Of a stretch of DNA of 64,000 bases, positions 35,015 to 48,683 are shown in pieces. Below the pieces are notes generated by a model. It saw only the letters and a program-made list of their open reading frames with translations. It ran no database searches and was not told where the DNA came from. Every line of letters starts with the position of its first letter. Position 1 is the stretch's first letter. This DNA is from the human T2T-CHM13v2.0 reference genome, Homo sapiens, in NCBI RefSeq assembly GCF_009914755.1, contig NC_060928.1. One strand, written 5' to 3'. Both the position numbers and the translations under genes were made by a program.

Positions 35015-35539
35015 TCACTTCTCAAATAGCTAGCAGAGGCAGATCTGGTTCTCAAATGCAGGTTTTCCAGGTTTCAATTCTTGTTTCTAGCAGTATTATG
35101 GAGAAACATGATCACTAATACATGAAGGAGAGGAGGTTTCAAGTTCTGATGAAAAGATGGTAAAGAGAGGAGTTAGTTGACTAGGAGTGACTAGGAATAG
35201 GAAGAAAACGCATGACACTACTTAGAGGAAAGAAGAAAAATAAACATAGAGGTGACTGAGCGGACAGAAAGGACTTGGAAGAAGCGTGTTTGGCCCTGTC
35301 TCTAAATTTTTTCCCTTGCTTTAGTAACTTCCCTGATGACTTGGATGAATCTTCTCTTCCAGGGTACCTAGTGTTCCCTTTCTGTCCACTTCTCCCTTCC
35401 CAGGGCCCATACAGTCTGGGAAAGCATGCTCTGCAGGCTTCTCATATCTTTCCTTCCTTAATCAGCCCCTGGCATCTCTACATAACCCATATGCACCTGG
35501 AGTTCCACATGTCCCAGTCTTTGCACTGCAGTGAATTCA

Positions 35540-36360
<821 letters not shown>

Positions 36361-36574
36361 GATTCCTTAGTTTTCTTTTTCTCTTTGCGCATTGACTGGA
36401 TTCCATAAGCAGAAGGAAAACCCAGGGGCTGACTTTGTAGGCAAGATTCTCCTCTTCAAAACGTAAATTGGCTCAAGTGGTACCAAAACTGAAACATGTT
36501 TATAACTTAACATCTTTTCTTCCTACCCTTTCAATCTCTTGAGCAATGAGAAAAGGCACTGGGCTCTTCATTTG

Positions 36575-37598
36575 TGTAGGGAAAAGAAAGAGAGATCAGA
36601 CTGTCACTGTGTCTATGTAGAAAGGGAAGACATAAGAGACTCCATTTTGAAAAAGATCTGTACTTTAAACAATTGCTTTGCAGAGATGTTGTTCATTTGT
36701 AGCTTTGCCCCAGCCACTTTGCCCCAACCACTTTGACCCAACTTGGAGTTCCCAAACATGTGTTGTATAAAATCAAGGTTTAAGGGATCTAGGGCTGTGC
36801 ACGACGTGCCTTGTTATCAAAATGTTTACAAGCAGTATACTTGTAAAAGTCATTGCCATTCTCTAGTCTCAATAAACCAGGGGCACAATACACTGTGGAA
36901 AGCCGCAGGGACCTCTGCCCTTGAAAGCAGGGTATTGTCCAAGGTTTCTCCCCATGTGATAATCTGAAATATGGCCTCGTGGGATGAGAAAGACCTGACT
37001 GTCCCCCAGCCCGATACCTGTAAAAGGTCTGTGCTGAGGTGAATTAGTACAAGAGGAAAGCCTCTTGCATTTGAGATGGAGGAAGACCACTGTCTCCTGC
37101 CTGCCCCTGGGAACTCAAAGTCTCGGTGTAAAACCCGATTGTGCATTTGTTCAAGTCTTAGATAGGAGAAAAGCTGCCCTGTGACAGGAGGCGAGACATG
37201 TTTGCAGCAATGCTGCCTTGTTATTCTTTACACCACTGAGATGTTTGGGTGGAGAGAAACATAAATCTGGCTTACGTACACGTCCAGGCATAGTACCTTC
37301 CCTTGAACTTATTTATGATATAGATTCTTTGGCTCACATGTTTTTTGTTGACCTCCTTATTATCACCCTGCTCTCCTATTACATTCCTTTTTGCTGAAAT
37401 AATGAAAATCATAATCAATAAAAACTGAGGGAACTCAGAGCCCGGTGCCGGTGCATGTCCTTGGTGTGCTGAGTGCCGGTCCCCTGGACCCACTGTTGTT
37501 TCTCTATACTTTGTCTCTGTGTCTTATTTCTTTTCTCCGTCTCTCATCCCACCCGACTAGAAATACCCACAGGTGTGGAGGGGCAGGCCACCCCTTCA
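36575..37598 (+). promoter_or_regulatory. HML-2 5' LTR (LTR5A/B-like)
   Basis: TGTAGGGAAAAGAAAGAGAGATCAGAC...CCCCTTCA. Confidence 0.95.
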
Positions 37599-37600
37599 TC

Positions 37601-37618
37601 TGGAGCCCAGCTTGGGGC
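37601..37618 (+). other. Degenerate primer-binding site for tRNA-Lys
   Basis: TGGAGCCCAGCTTGGGGC versus TGGCGCCCAACGTGGGGC (3 mismatches). Confidence 0.85.
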
Positions 37619-37741
37619 CCTTCTGTAGGGTGAAGGTACTCTAAGAACGTGAGCATTGAGGACAGCCGACGAGAGATTCCCTAGTACGTCCACAGTCAGC
37701 CTTGTGGTTAGCTTGTGCGCTCAGAGGAATCCAGGGTAACA

Positions 37742-39748
37742 ATGGGGCAAACTGAAAGTAAATATGCTTCTTATCTCAGCTTCATTAAAATTATCTTAAG
37801 AAGAGGGGGAGTTAAAGCTTCTACAGAAAATCTAGTTACGCTGTTTCAAACAATAGAACAATTCTGCCCATGGTTTCCAGAACAGGGAACTTAATATTTA
37901 AAAGATTGGGAAAAAATTGGCAAAGAACTAAAACAAGCAATTAGGGAAGGTAAAATCATCCCACTTACAGCATGGAATGATTGGGCCATTATTAAAGCAA
38001 CTTTAGAACCATTTCAAATAGAAGAAGATAGCGTTTCAGTCTTTGATGCCTCTGAAAGCTGTGTAATAGATTGTGAAGAAGAGGCAGGAACAGAGTTTAA
38101 GAAAGGAATGGAAAGTACACATTGTAAAAATGCAGTAGAGCCTGTACTGGCTTGGTCAATGCAGAATGTTGACTATAATCAATTACAGGAGGTAATATAT
38201 CCTGAATCATCAAAATTGGGAGAAGGAGGTCCAGAATTATTTGGGCCATCAGAGTTTAGACCACGATGGCCACCAACTCCTTCTCCCGCGGTTCAGATGC
38301 CTTTGATGTCACAATCTCAAATGCCAATCCAGGCACAGTATCCGCAATACCAGCCAGTAGAAAATAAAACCCAACCATCGGTAGTTTATCAACACAAGCC
38401 GTCAGCCGTATTTCAGTATCCGCCGTCTCCAGAGGTTCAGTATGGATCTCAGGCGGTGCGTCCTGTGCCAAATAGCAAGGCACTATATCAACAACCCAAG
38501 GCGATGGCGTTTGATCTTACAGTACCACCTAGTGGACAAGGTAGTGCACTGCATGAGACCATTGCTACAGCCAGAAAACAGGGAGATCTTGAGGCATGGC
38601 AATATCCGGGAATGTTACAAACAATGCCGGCCGGGAAAGGGAGTCAAGCAAGAGCGTCTGTCTGAACCAAGACTAGATATGAATCTATCACCATAAAAAA
38701 ATTTAAAAGATATGAAGGAAGGAGTTAAACAATATGGACCTAACTCTCCTTATATGAGAACACTATTAGATTCCATTGCTCATGGAAATAGACTTATTTC
38801 TTATGATTGGGAAATTTTGGCTAAATCTTCCCTTTCACCCTCTCAGTATCTACAGTTTAAAACCTGGTGGAATGATGGGGTACAAGAACAGCTACGAAAA
38901 AATCAGGCTACTAATCCTGTTGCTTATATAGATGCAGACCAATTGCTAAGAACAGGTCCAAATTGGGGCACTACTAACCAACAATCAGTAATGAAAATCA
39001 GGCTATTGAACAACTAAGGGCTATTTGCCTCAGGGCCTGGGAAAAGATTCAGGACCCAGGAACCTCATGCCCTTCTTTTAGTTCAATCAGACAAGGCTCT
39101 AAAGAGCCATATCCAGACTTCGTGGCAAGGTTGCAAGATGCGGCTCAAAAATCCATTGCAGGTAATAACGCCCGAAAAGTTATTGTAGAAACAATGGCTT
39201 ATCAAAACGCAAATCCAGAGTGTCAATCAGCCATAAAGCCATTAAGAGAAAAGGTTTCAGCAGGAGTTGATGTAATTACAGAATATGTGAAGGCTTGTGA
39301 TGGGATTGGAGGAGCTATGCATAAGGCAATGCTATTGGCTCAAGCAATTACAGGGGTTGCTTTAGGAGGACAAGTTAAAACATTTGGGGGAAAATGTTAT
39401 AATTGTGGTCAAATCGGTCATCTAAAAAAGAATTGCCCAGGCTTAAATAAACAGAGCAAAAAAAAAAAAAAATAGAGCCACCTGGCCTGTGTCCAAGATG
39501 TGGAAAAGGAAAACACTGGGCTAAGGAATGTCGTTCTAAATTTGATAAAAATGGACAACCATTGTCGGGAAACGGGGAAGAGGGGTCAGCCCCAGGCCCC
39601 GCAACAAAGTGGGGCATTCCCGATTCAGCCATTTGTTCCTCAGGGTTTTCAGGGACAACAACCCCCACAGTAAATACCACCATTTCAGGAAATCAGCCAA
39701 TTACAATACGACAATTATCCCCTGCCACAGCAGGCAGTGCTGCCGTAG
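37742..39748 (+). pseudogene. gag: HML-2 gag (stop at codon 51, further stops and frameshifts)
   Basis: MGQTESKYASYLSFIK..., QYGPNSPYMRTLLD, CYNCGQIGHLKKNC, CPRCGKGKHWAKEC. Confidence 0.93.
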
Positions 39749-40551
39749 ATTTATGTTCTACTCAAATGATTTCTTTACTCCCTGGAGAGCCCCCTCAAAA
39801 GATTCCTACAGGGGTATATGGGCCGCTGCCAGAAGGGATGGTAGGCCTTATTTTAGGAAGATCTAGTCTAAATTTGAAAGGAGTTCAAATTCATACTGGG
39901 GTAATTGACTCAGATTATAAAGGGGAAATTCAGTTAGTGATCAGCTCTACTGTTCCCTGGAGTGCCAATCCAGGTGATAGAATTGCTCAATTACTGCTCT
40001 TGCCTTATATTAAAATTGGGGATAGCAAAACAGAAACAGGAGTGTTTGGAAGTACCAACACTGCTGGAAAAGCTGTTTATTGGGCTAGTCAGCTCTCAGA
40101 GAATAGACCTGTGTGTACAGTTACTATTCAGGGAAAACAGTTTGAAGGATTAGTGGATACTGGGGCTGATGTTTCCATCATTGCCTTAAATCAATGGCAA
40201 AAAAATCAGCCTAAACAAAAGCCTGTTACAGGATTTGTTGGTGTGGGCACTGCCTCAGAAGTGTATCAAAGTGCCAGGATTTTACATTGTCTAGGACCTG
40301 ATAATCAAGAGACTACAGTTCAGCCTATGATTACTTCTATTCTAATTAATTTATGGGGTCGAGACTTATTAGAACAGTGGCATGCAGAGATTACTATTCC
40401 AGTCTCTCTATACAGCCCCACGAGTCAAAAAATCATGACTAAAATGGGATATCTCCCTGGCAAAGGACTAGGGAAAAATGGAGAAGGCATTAAAATTCCA
40501 ATTGAGGCTAAGGGAAATCCAGAAAGAAAAGGACTAGGGTTTCCTTTTTAG
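39562..40551 (+). CDS. pro: HML-2 pro frame (dUTPase, aspartic protease, G-patch), uninterrupted; normally reached by -1 frameshift
   Basis: 329-aa ORF with [56 protein letters not shown]; slippery GGGAAAC at 39567-39573. Confidence 0.85.
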
Positions 40552-43258
40552 GGGTGGTCACTGTAGAGCCTCCAAAACCCATTCCAGTAACTTGGAAAAC
40601 AGAAATGCCTTTATGGGTAAGTCAGTGGTCACTGCCAAAACAAAAGCTGGAGGCCTTACACTTATTGGCAAAAGAACAATTAGAAAAGGGACATATTGAG
40701 CATTCATTTTCGCCTTGGAATTTTCCTGTGTTTGTAATTCAGAAAAAAATCAGGCAGATGGCGCATGTTAACTGATTTAAGAGCTGTTAATGCAGTAATT
40801 CAACCCATGGGGTCTCTCCAACCTGGGCTGCCCTGTCCAGCCATCATCCCCAAAGATTGGCCTTTAATTACAGTTGATCTGAAGTATTGCTTTTTTACCA
40901 TTCCTCTGGCAAAACAGGATTTTGAAAAATTTGCTTTTACTATACCAGCCATAAATATTAAAGAACCAGCCACTAGATTTCTGTGGAAAGTGTTGCCCCA
41001 GGGAATGCTTAATAGTCCAACTATTTGTCAGACTTTTGTAGCTCAAGTTCTTCAACCAGTTAGAGACAAGTTTTCAGACTGTTATATCATTCATTATGTT
41101 GATGATATTTTGTGTGCTTCAGAAACAAGAGACAAATTAATTGACTGTTACACATTTCTGCAGACAGAGGTTGCAAACGCAGGCCTGACAATAGCATCTG
41201 ATAAGATTCAGACCTCCACTCCTTTTCATTATTTGGGAATGCAGGTAGAGGAGAGAAAAATTAAACCACAAAAAGTAGAAATAAGAAAAGACACATTAAG
41301 AACATTAAATGACTTTCAAAAATTGCTAGGAGATATTAATTGGATTCGGCCAACTCTAGGCATCCGTACTTATCCCATGTCAACTTTGTTCTCTATCTTG
41401 AGAGGGGATCCAGACTTAAATAGTAAAAGAACATTAACTCCAGGGGCAACTAAAGAAATTGAATTAGTTGAAGAAAAAATTCAGTCAGCAAAAGTAAATA
41501 GAATAGATCACTTAGCCCCACTCCAACTTTTCATTTTTGCTACTGCACATTCTCCAACAGGCATTATTGTTCAAAATACAGATCTTGAGGAGTGGTCATT
41601 CCTTCCTCACAGTACAGTTAAGACTTTTACATTGTACTTAGATCAAATGGCTACATTAATTGGTCAGGCAAGACTATGAATAGTAAAATTGTGTGGAAAT
41701 GACCCAGATAAAATCATTGTTTCTTTAAACAAGGAGCAGGTTAGACAAGCCTTTATCAATTCTGGTGCAGGGCAGATTGGTCTTGCTGATTTTGTGGGAA
41801 TTATTGATAATCATTAACCAAAAGCAAAAATCTTCCAGTTTTTGAAATTGACTACTTGGATTTTACCTAAAATTACCAGACAAAAACCTCTAGAAAATGC
41901 TCTGACGGTGTTTACTGATGGTTCCAGCAATGGAAAAGTGGCTTACACTGGACCAAAAGAACAAGTTATTGAAACTCAATATCACTCAGCTCAAAGAGCA
42001 GAATTGGTTGCTGTCATTTCAGTGTTACAAGATTTTAATCAGTCTATTAACATTGTTTCAGATTCTGCATATGTAGTACAGGTTACAAAGGATGTTGAGA
42101 CAGCCCTAATCAAATATAGTGTGGATGATCAGTTAAATCAGCTGTTTAAATTGTTACAACAAACTGTAAGAAAAAGAAATTTCCCATTTTATATGGCTCA
42201 TATCCGAGCACATACTAATTTACCAGGGCCTTTAACTAAGGCAAATGAACAAGCTGACTTGCTAGTATCATCTGCCTTCATGGAAGCACAAGAACTTCAG
42301 GCCCTGACTCATGTAAATGCAACAGGATTAAAAAACAAATTTGATATCACATGGAAACAAGCAAAAAATGTTGTACAACATTATGCTCAGTGTCAAGTCT
42401 TACACCTGCCCGCTCAAGAGGCAGGAGTTAATCCTAGAGGTTTAAGTCCTGATGCATTATGGCAAATGAACGTCACACATGTACCTTCATTTGGAAAATT
42501 GTCACTTGTCCATGTGACAGTTGATACTTATTCACATTTCATATGCGCAACCTGCCAGACAGGAGAAAGTACTTCCCATGTTAAAAGACATTTATTATCT
42601 TGTTTTGCAGTCAGTGGATTTCCAGAAAAAATTAAAACAGATAATGGGCCAGGATACTGTAGTAAAGCATTTCAAAAATTCTTAAATCAGTGGAAAATTA
42701 CACATACAACAGGAATCCCTAATTTCCAAGGACAGGCTATAATGGAAACAACTAATAGAACACTCGAAGCTCAATTGGTTAAACAAAAAAAGGAAAAAGT
42801 AAGGAATATAACACTCCCCAGATGCAACTTAATCTAGCACTCTATACTTTAAATTTTTTAAATATATATAGAAATCAGACCATTACTTCTGCAGAACAAC
42901 ATTTTACTGGTAAAAAGAACAGCCCACATGAGGGAAAACTGATTTGGTGGAAAGACAACAAAATAAAACATGGGAAATAGGTAAGGTGATAACATGGGGG
43001 GGAGGTTTTGCTTGTGTTTCACCAGGAGAAAATCAGCTTCCTGTTTGGCTACCCACTAGACATTTGAAGTTCTATAATGAACCCATCAGAGATGCAAGGG
43101 AAGGCGCCTCCGCAGAGACAGAGAACCCGCAATCGAACATCAACGACTCGCAGGGTGAACAAAATGGTGATATCAGAAGGACAGATGAAGTTGCCATCCA
43201 CCAAGAAAGTGGGGCCGCCGACCTGGGCCCAGCTAAAGAAGCTGACACAGTTAGCTGA
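40552..43258 (+). pseudogene. pol: HML-2 pol (RT, RNase H, integrase), disrupted
   Basis: [27 protein letters not shown]-terminus ...EADTVS*; frameshift near 40745 and stops at 41677 and ~41815. Confidence 0.93.
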
Positions 43259-45084
43259 AAAAAGCCTGGAAAACACAAGGGTAACACAGACTCCAGAGAA
43301 TATGCTTCTTGCAGCTTTAATGATTGTATCAACGGTGGTTAAGTCTCCCTATGTCTTCAGGAGCCGCTACAGCTAACTATACTTACTGGGCCTATGTGAT
43401 TTTCCCACCCTTAATTCGGGCAGTCACTTGGATAGATAATCCTATTGAAGTATATGTTAATAACAGTGAATGGGTACCAGGCCCCACAGATGACCGTGGC
43501 CCTGCCCAACCTGAAGAAGAAGGAATGATGATAAACATTTCCATTGGGTATCATTATCCTCCTATTTGCCTGGGAAAAGCACCAGGATGCTTAATGCCTA
43601 CAATCCAAAATTGGTTGATAGAAGTACCTACTGTCAGTGCCACCAGTAAATTTACTTATCATATGATAAGTGGAATGTCACTCGGGTCACAAATGAATCA
43701 TTTACAGAATTCTTCCTATCAAAGATCATTAAAATTTAGGCCTAAAGGAAACCATGCCCCAAGGAAATTCCAAAAGAATCAAAAGACCCAGAAGTCTTAG
43801 TTTGGGAAGAATGTGTGGCTGATACTGCAGTGGTACTACAAAACAATAAATTTGGAACTATTATAGACTAGGCCCCTCGAGGCCAATTATATTATGACTC
43901 TATGGGCCAGACCCACTCATGTTCACAGGCTCCATCTGCCTGGCCCACTAATCCGGCCTATGATAGTGATTTAACTAAAAGGCTAGACTAGGTTTATAGA
44001 AGGTGAGAATCACCCTATCCATGGAAATGGGGTGAAAAGAGGATTTCATCACCCCGACCAAAGTTAGTTAGTCCTGTTGTTGGTCCTGAACACCCAGAAT
44101 TATGGAAGCTCACTGTGGCCTCGTACCACATTAGAATTTTGTCTGGAAATCAAGTTATGGGAACAAGAAACCATAAGCCATATTATACTATTAACCTAAA
44201 TTACAATCTGAAAATTCCTTTGCAAAGTTGTGTAAAACCCCCTTATATGCTAGTTGTAGGAAACATAGCTATTAAACCAGATTCCCAAACTACAAGCAGT
44301 GAAAATTGTAGATTGTTTACTTGCATTGATTCAACTTTTGATTGGTAGAATGGTATTCTGTTAGTAAGGGCAAGAGAAGGCGTGTGGATCCCTTTGTCCA
44401 TGGATCGACCATGGGACGCTTCTCCATCCGTACATATCTTAAGTATTAAAAGGAGTTCTAACTAGATCTAAAAGATCCATTTTTACTTTGATTGCAGTGA
44501 TTGTGGGTCTTATTGCAGTCACAGCTACTGCTGCGGCTGCTGGAATTTCTTTACACTCCTCTGTTCAAACTGCAGAATATGTGAATAATTGGCAAAAGAA
44601 TTCCTCAAAATTGTGGAATTCTCAGACTCAAATAGATCAAAAATTGGCAAATCAAATTAATGATCTTAGACAAACTGTTATTTGGATGGGAGATAGGCTC
44701 ATGAGCTTAGAATATCTTTTTCAGTTACAGTGTGACTGGAATACGTCAGATTTTTGTATTAAACCTTGAGCCTATAATGAACCTGAACATCACTGGGACA
44801 TGGTTAGACGCCATCTACAAGGAAGAGAAGATAATCTTACCTTAGATATTTCTAAATTGAAAGAACAAATTTTTGAAACCTCAAAAGCCCAGTTAAATCT
44901 GGTGTCAGAAACGGAGGCAATGGTAAAAGCTGTTGATAGCCTCACAAATCTTAACCCTGTCACTTGGGTTAAAACCATTGGAAATTCCACTATTGCAAAT
45001 TTTGTATTAATTTTTGTATGTCTGTCCTCTCTATTGTTAGTCTACAGGTGTATCCAGCAGCTCCGGAGAGACAGCGACCAGTGA
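43077..45084 (+). pseudogene. env: HML-2 env (type 2, includes the rec coding exon), disrupted
   Basis: MNPSEMQ...[24 protein letters not shown] cleavage site, [23 protein letters not shown]. Confidence 0.93.
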
Positions 45085-45134
45085 GAAGGGGCCATGATGA
45101 CGATGGCGGTTTTGTTAAAAAGAAAAGGGGGAAA

Positions 45135-46157
45135 TGTAGGGAAAAGAGAGAGATCAGACTGTCACTGTGTCTATGTAGAAAGGGAAGACATAAGAGACTC
45201 CACTTTGAAAAAGACCTGTACTCTAACAATTGCTTTGCTGAGATGTTGTTCATTTGTAGCTTTGCCCCAGCCACTTTGCCCCAGTCACTTTGACCCAACT
45301 TGGAGTTCACAAAAACATGTGTTGTCTAAAATCAAGGTTTAAGGGATCTAGGGCTGTGCAGGACGTGCCTTGTTAACCAAATGTTTACAAGCAGTAAAGT
45401 TGGTAAAAGTCATTGCCATTCTCTAGTCACAATAAACCAGGGGCACAATGCACAGTGGAGAGCCGCAGGGAGCCCTGCCCTTGAAAGCAGGGTTTTGTCC
45501 AAGGTTTCTCCCCATGTGATAGTCTGAAATATGGCCTCATGGAATGAGAAAGACCTGACTGTCCCCCAGCCTGACACCCGTAAAGGGTCTGTGCTGAGGC
45601 GGATTAGTAAAAGAGGAAAGCCTCTTGCAGTTGAGATGGAGGAAGGCCACTGTCTCCTGCTTGCCCCTGGGAATTGAATGTCTCGGTGTAAACCCGATTG
45701 TACATTTGTTCAAGTCTGAGCTAGGATAAAAGCTGCCCTGTGGCGGGAGGCGAGACATGTTGCAGTAATGCTGCCATGTTATTCTTTACTCCACTGAGAT
45801 GTTTGGGTGGAGAGAAACATAAATGTCGACTACATGCAAGTCCAGTCATATACCTTCCCTTGAACTTAATTATGATATAGATTATTTTGCTCACATGTTT
45901 TTTGTTGACATTCTGCTTATTATCACCCTGCTCTCCTATTACATTCCTTTTTGCTGAAATAATGAAAATCATAATCAATAAAAACTGAGGGAACTCAGAG
46001 GCCAGTGCTCGTGCAGGTCCTGGTGTGCTGAGTGCCAGTCCCCTGGACCCACTGTTGTTTCCCTGTACTTTGTCTCTGTGTCTTATTTCTTTTCTCTGTC
46101 TCTCATCCCACCCGACTAGAAATACCCACAGGTGTGGAGGGGCAGGCCACCCCTTCA
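45135..46157 (+). promoter_or_regulatory. HML-2 3' LTR (LTR5A/B-like)
   Basis: Follows the PPT; homologous to the 5' LTR with several percent divergence by eye. Confidence 0.95.
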
Positions 46158-46474
46158 ATTTGGTGACACATAGCCTGTGGCCTCAAAGAACACTGACACG
46201 CCGGTAACATCCATTCGAAGAGCTTCTCCGTACCTCCCCTCCTTTATCCCCAAGGTCTCTGGGTCAGAGATCACTGAGTCATTCACAACATGATGTTTAA
46301 CACCGAGACGCTCTGGAATTGCTCCTTCAAGATGACTCAGAAGAAGACCCAGTGCTGAGACAATCGTGTTCTCTCTCTTTCTGGATCACCGCCCAGAGAC
46401 AAGGACTGCCAGAGACCCTGGCTTCCACAGCTGCTGCCTCCCATTCCTGCGCCTGTGGGATGAGAGTTTGAAGC

Positions 46475-46630
46475 TGTGTGACCTTGAACAAGTTACTTAC
46501 CCTCTCTAAGCATGTTTCCCTAAATGTGAAATAGGGATGATGGTGATGTGTTTATTTCACAGATTTGATAGAAGGATGAAATGAGAGATGCATCAAAAGC
46601 AGTGGGCACAGGGTCAATGCTCAGTGAGCT
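46475..46630 (+). mobile_element. MIR SINE remnant (other remnants at ~47130-47320, ~48900-49120, ~53360-53510, ~63280-63500)
   Basis: gctgtgtgaccttgaacaagttacttaccctctct...aaatgtgaaataggg core. Confidence 0.7.
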
Positions 46631-47331
46631 TTCTGTTTTCTTATCAATAGACAGGTCTCCATGAGGACAGAGACTGGCTTCATCTCGACTGTAGCCTCAG
46701 GGCTGGCCACAGTGTCTGCACCCAGCAGGACTTCAGTAAATATCTGTTTATACACTAACCACAGACTTAGGCATAAAAGCCCTTTGGAAGAAAGTTGACC
46801 ATTTCATGCACCTTCAGACTATGAAGAGCAATGATGACAACTTTAGCTCGAGAGGGTCTCAGTGCCTATTCATCACCACTGTGAAAAGGCAGAAACCAGA
46901 GCTGTATGTTTAACTCCCAGCCCCAAAACCTGTTGGCTTTGCTTTATCACTATGAACTCCCAATGCCATCCCTTTAGAATGGGACCTCTCTCTTCTTCCC
47001 CAAGGCACCAGCCTTCACCCCAGACCTCTCCTTATTAGCTGGTGCCTCCTCTCTGTACTCTGAGCCCATGCTGTGCTCGTCAGATAGCAACATGGGAGAA
47101 TACAGCAGCCCAGAATGCAGGCTGCAGAGTTAGGTCCCCAGAACAGGATCTCAGCCGGATCCATCCTTCCTCAGCTGGGCGACCGTGGCCATTGACTTCC
47201 TCTCTGTGCCTCAGTTGCTCCATCTGTGAAATGACGATTGTCATAGTCCCTGCTTCAAAGAGTCACTGGGAGGATTAACTGAGAAAATGCAGGGAAGGTG
47301 CTTGGAACTAAATGCTCCAAAAAAGTCCATC

Positions 47332-47628
47332 TGGCCAGGTACGGTGTCTCACGCCTGTAATCCCAGCACTTCGGGAGACCGAGGCAGGTGGATCACTTGA
47401 GGTCAGGAATTCAAGACCAGCCTGGTCAACATGGCAAAACCCTGACTCTACTAAAAACACAAAAATTAGCCAGGCATGGTGGCAGGCACCTGTAATCCCA
47501 ACTACTTGGGAGGCTGAGGCAAGAGAATCTCTTGAACCTGGGGGGCAGAGTTTGCAGTGAGCCAAGATGGTGCCACTGCACTTCAGCATGGGCAACAAGA
47601 GCAAAACTCTGTCTCAAACAAAAAAAAA
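47332..47628 (+). mobile_element. Alu
   Basis: Alu body; aaaaaagtccatc on both sides. Confidence 0.93.
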
Positions 47629-47717
47629 GTCCATCATTCTTATTAATGGAGGACAAATCATCTCAGTGCTTCTTTGGCTGATCAGTACACTCCAAGCCAG
47701 TGTTATCCAAAAGACCA

Positions 47718-48222
47718 GAGGTCCCCATCCCCCAGACAACAGACCAGTAGCGGTCTGTGGCCTGTTAGGAACTGGGCTGCACAGAAGGAGGTGAGCAGTG
47801 GGCTAGCGAGTGAAGCTTCATCTGTATTTACAGCTGCTCCCCATGGCTAGCGTTACCACCTGAGCTCTGTCTCCTGTCAGATCAGCAGTGGCATTAGATT
47901 CTCATAGGAGCACCAACCCTATTGTGAACTGCATGTGGAAGGGATCTAGGTTGTGTGCTCCTTATGAGAATCTAATGCCTGATGATCTGTCACTGTCTCC
48001 CACCACCCGGAGATGGGATTATCTAGTTGCAGGAAAACAAGCTCAGGGCTCCCACTGATTCTACATTATGGTGAGTTGTATAATGATTTCATTATATATT
48101 AAAATGTTCATAACAATAGAAATGAAGTACACAATAAATGTAATGCACTTGAATCATACTGAAACTTCCCCCCACAAATACATGGAAACTGGTCCTTGGT
48201 GCTAAAAAAATTGGGCACCACT
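47718..48222. mobile_element. MER1A-like DNA transposon fossil
   Basis: ggcctgttaggaactgggctgcacag...gcattagattctcatagg...ccttatgagaatctaatgcc...ggtgctaaaaaaattggg. Confidence 0.85.
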
Positions 48223-48388
48223 ACACTAGACTATTCAGTCACTGTCCAATCAAACATTCTGCAATGGCGGGCTTGCTCCACTCTGCACTGTCCAACATGG
48301 GAGCTGCTAGCCACCCACATGGGCTGTTGAGCCCTTGAAATGTGGCTGGTGAGAATGAAGAACTGAATTTTCAATTTTCTCTTAACTA

Positions 48389-48683
48389 TTTTTTTTTTTT
48401 TTCAGACAGAGTCTCACTCTATCCTCCAGGCTGGAGTGCAGTGGTGCAATCTCGTCTCACTGCAACCTCCATCTCCTGGGTTCAAGCAATTCTCTTGCCT
48501 CAGCCTCCTGAGTAGCCAGGATTACAGGAACCCGCCATCATGCCCGGCTAATTTTTGTATTTTTGTAGAGACGAGATTTCACCACGTTGGCCAGGCTGAT
48601 CTTGAACGCCTGACCTCAGGTGATCTGCCCATCTTGGCCTCCCAAAATGCTGGGATTACAGTTGTGAGCCACCATGCATGCCC
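48389..48683 (-). mobile_element. Alu within a MER3-like fragment
   Basis: Reverse-complement Alu; left flank gcactgtccaacatgg...ttgaaatgtggctggt. Confidence 0.85.

Larger units (their letters stand above)
36575..46157 (+). mobile_element. HERV-K(HML-2) full-length type 2 provirus with older LTR5A/LTR5B-type LTRs
   Basis: Paired ~1023-bp LTRs, PBS-Lys, gag-pro-pol-env, PPT at 45118-45134, TSD ATTTG (36570-36574 and 46158-46162). Confidence 0.97.

Noticed and set aside
41842-42837. 331-aa HML-2 RNase H-integrase ORF as an active integrase
   Set aside because: HHCC is damaged (H>Q, C>Y), the first catalytic D reads N (WQMNVTH), and the C-terminus is frameshifted.
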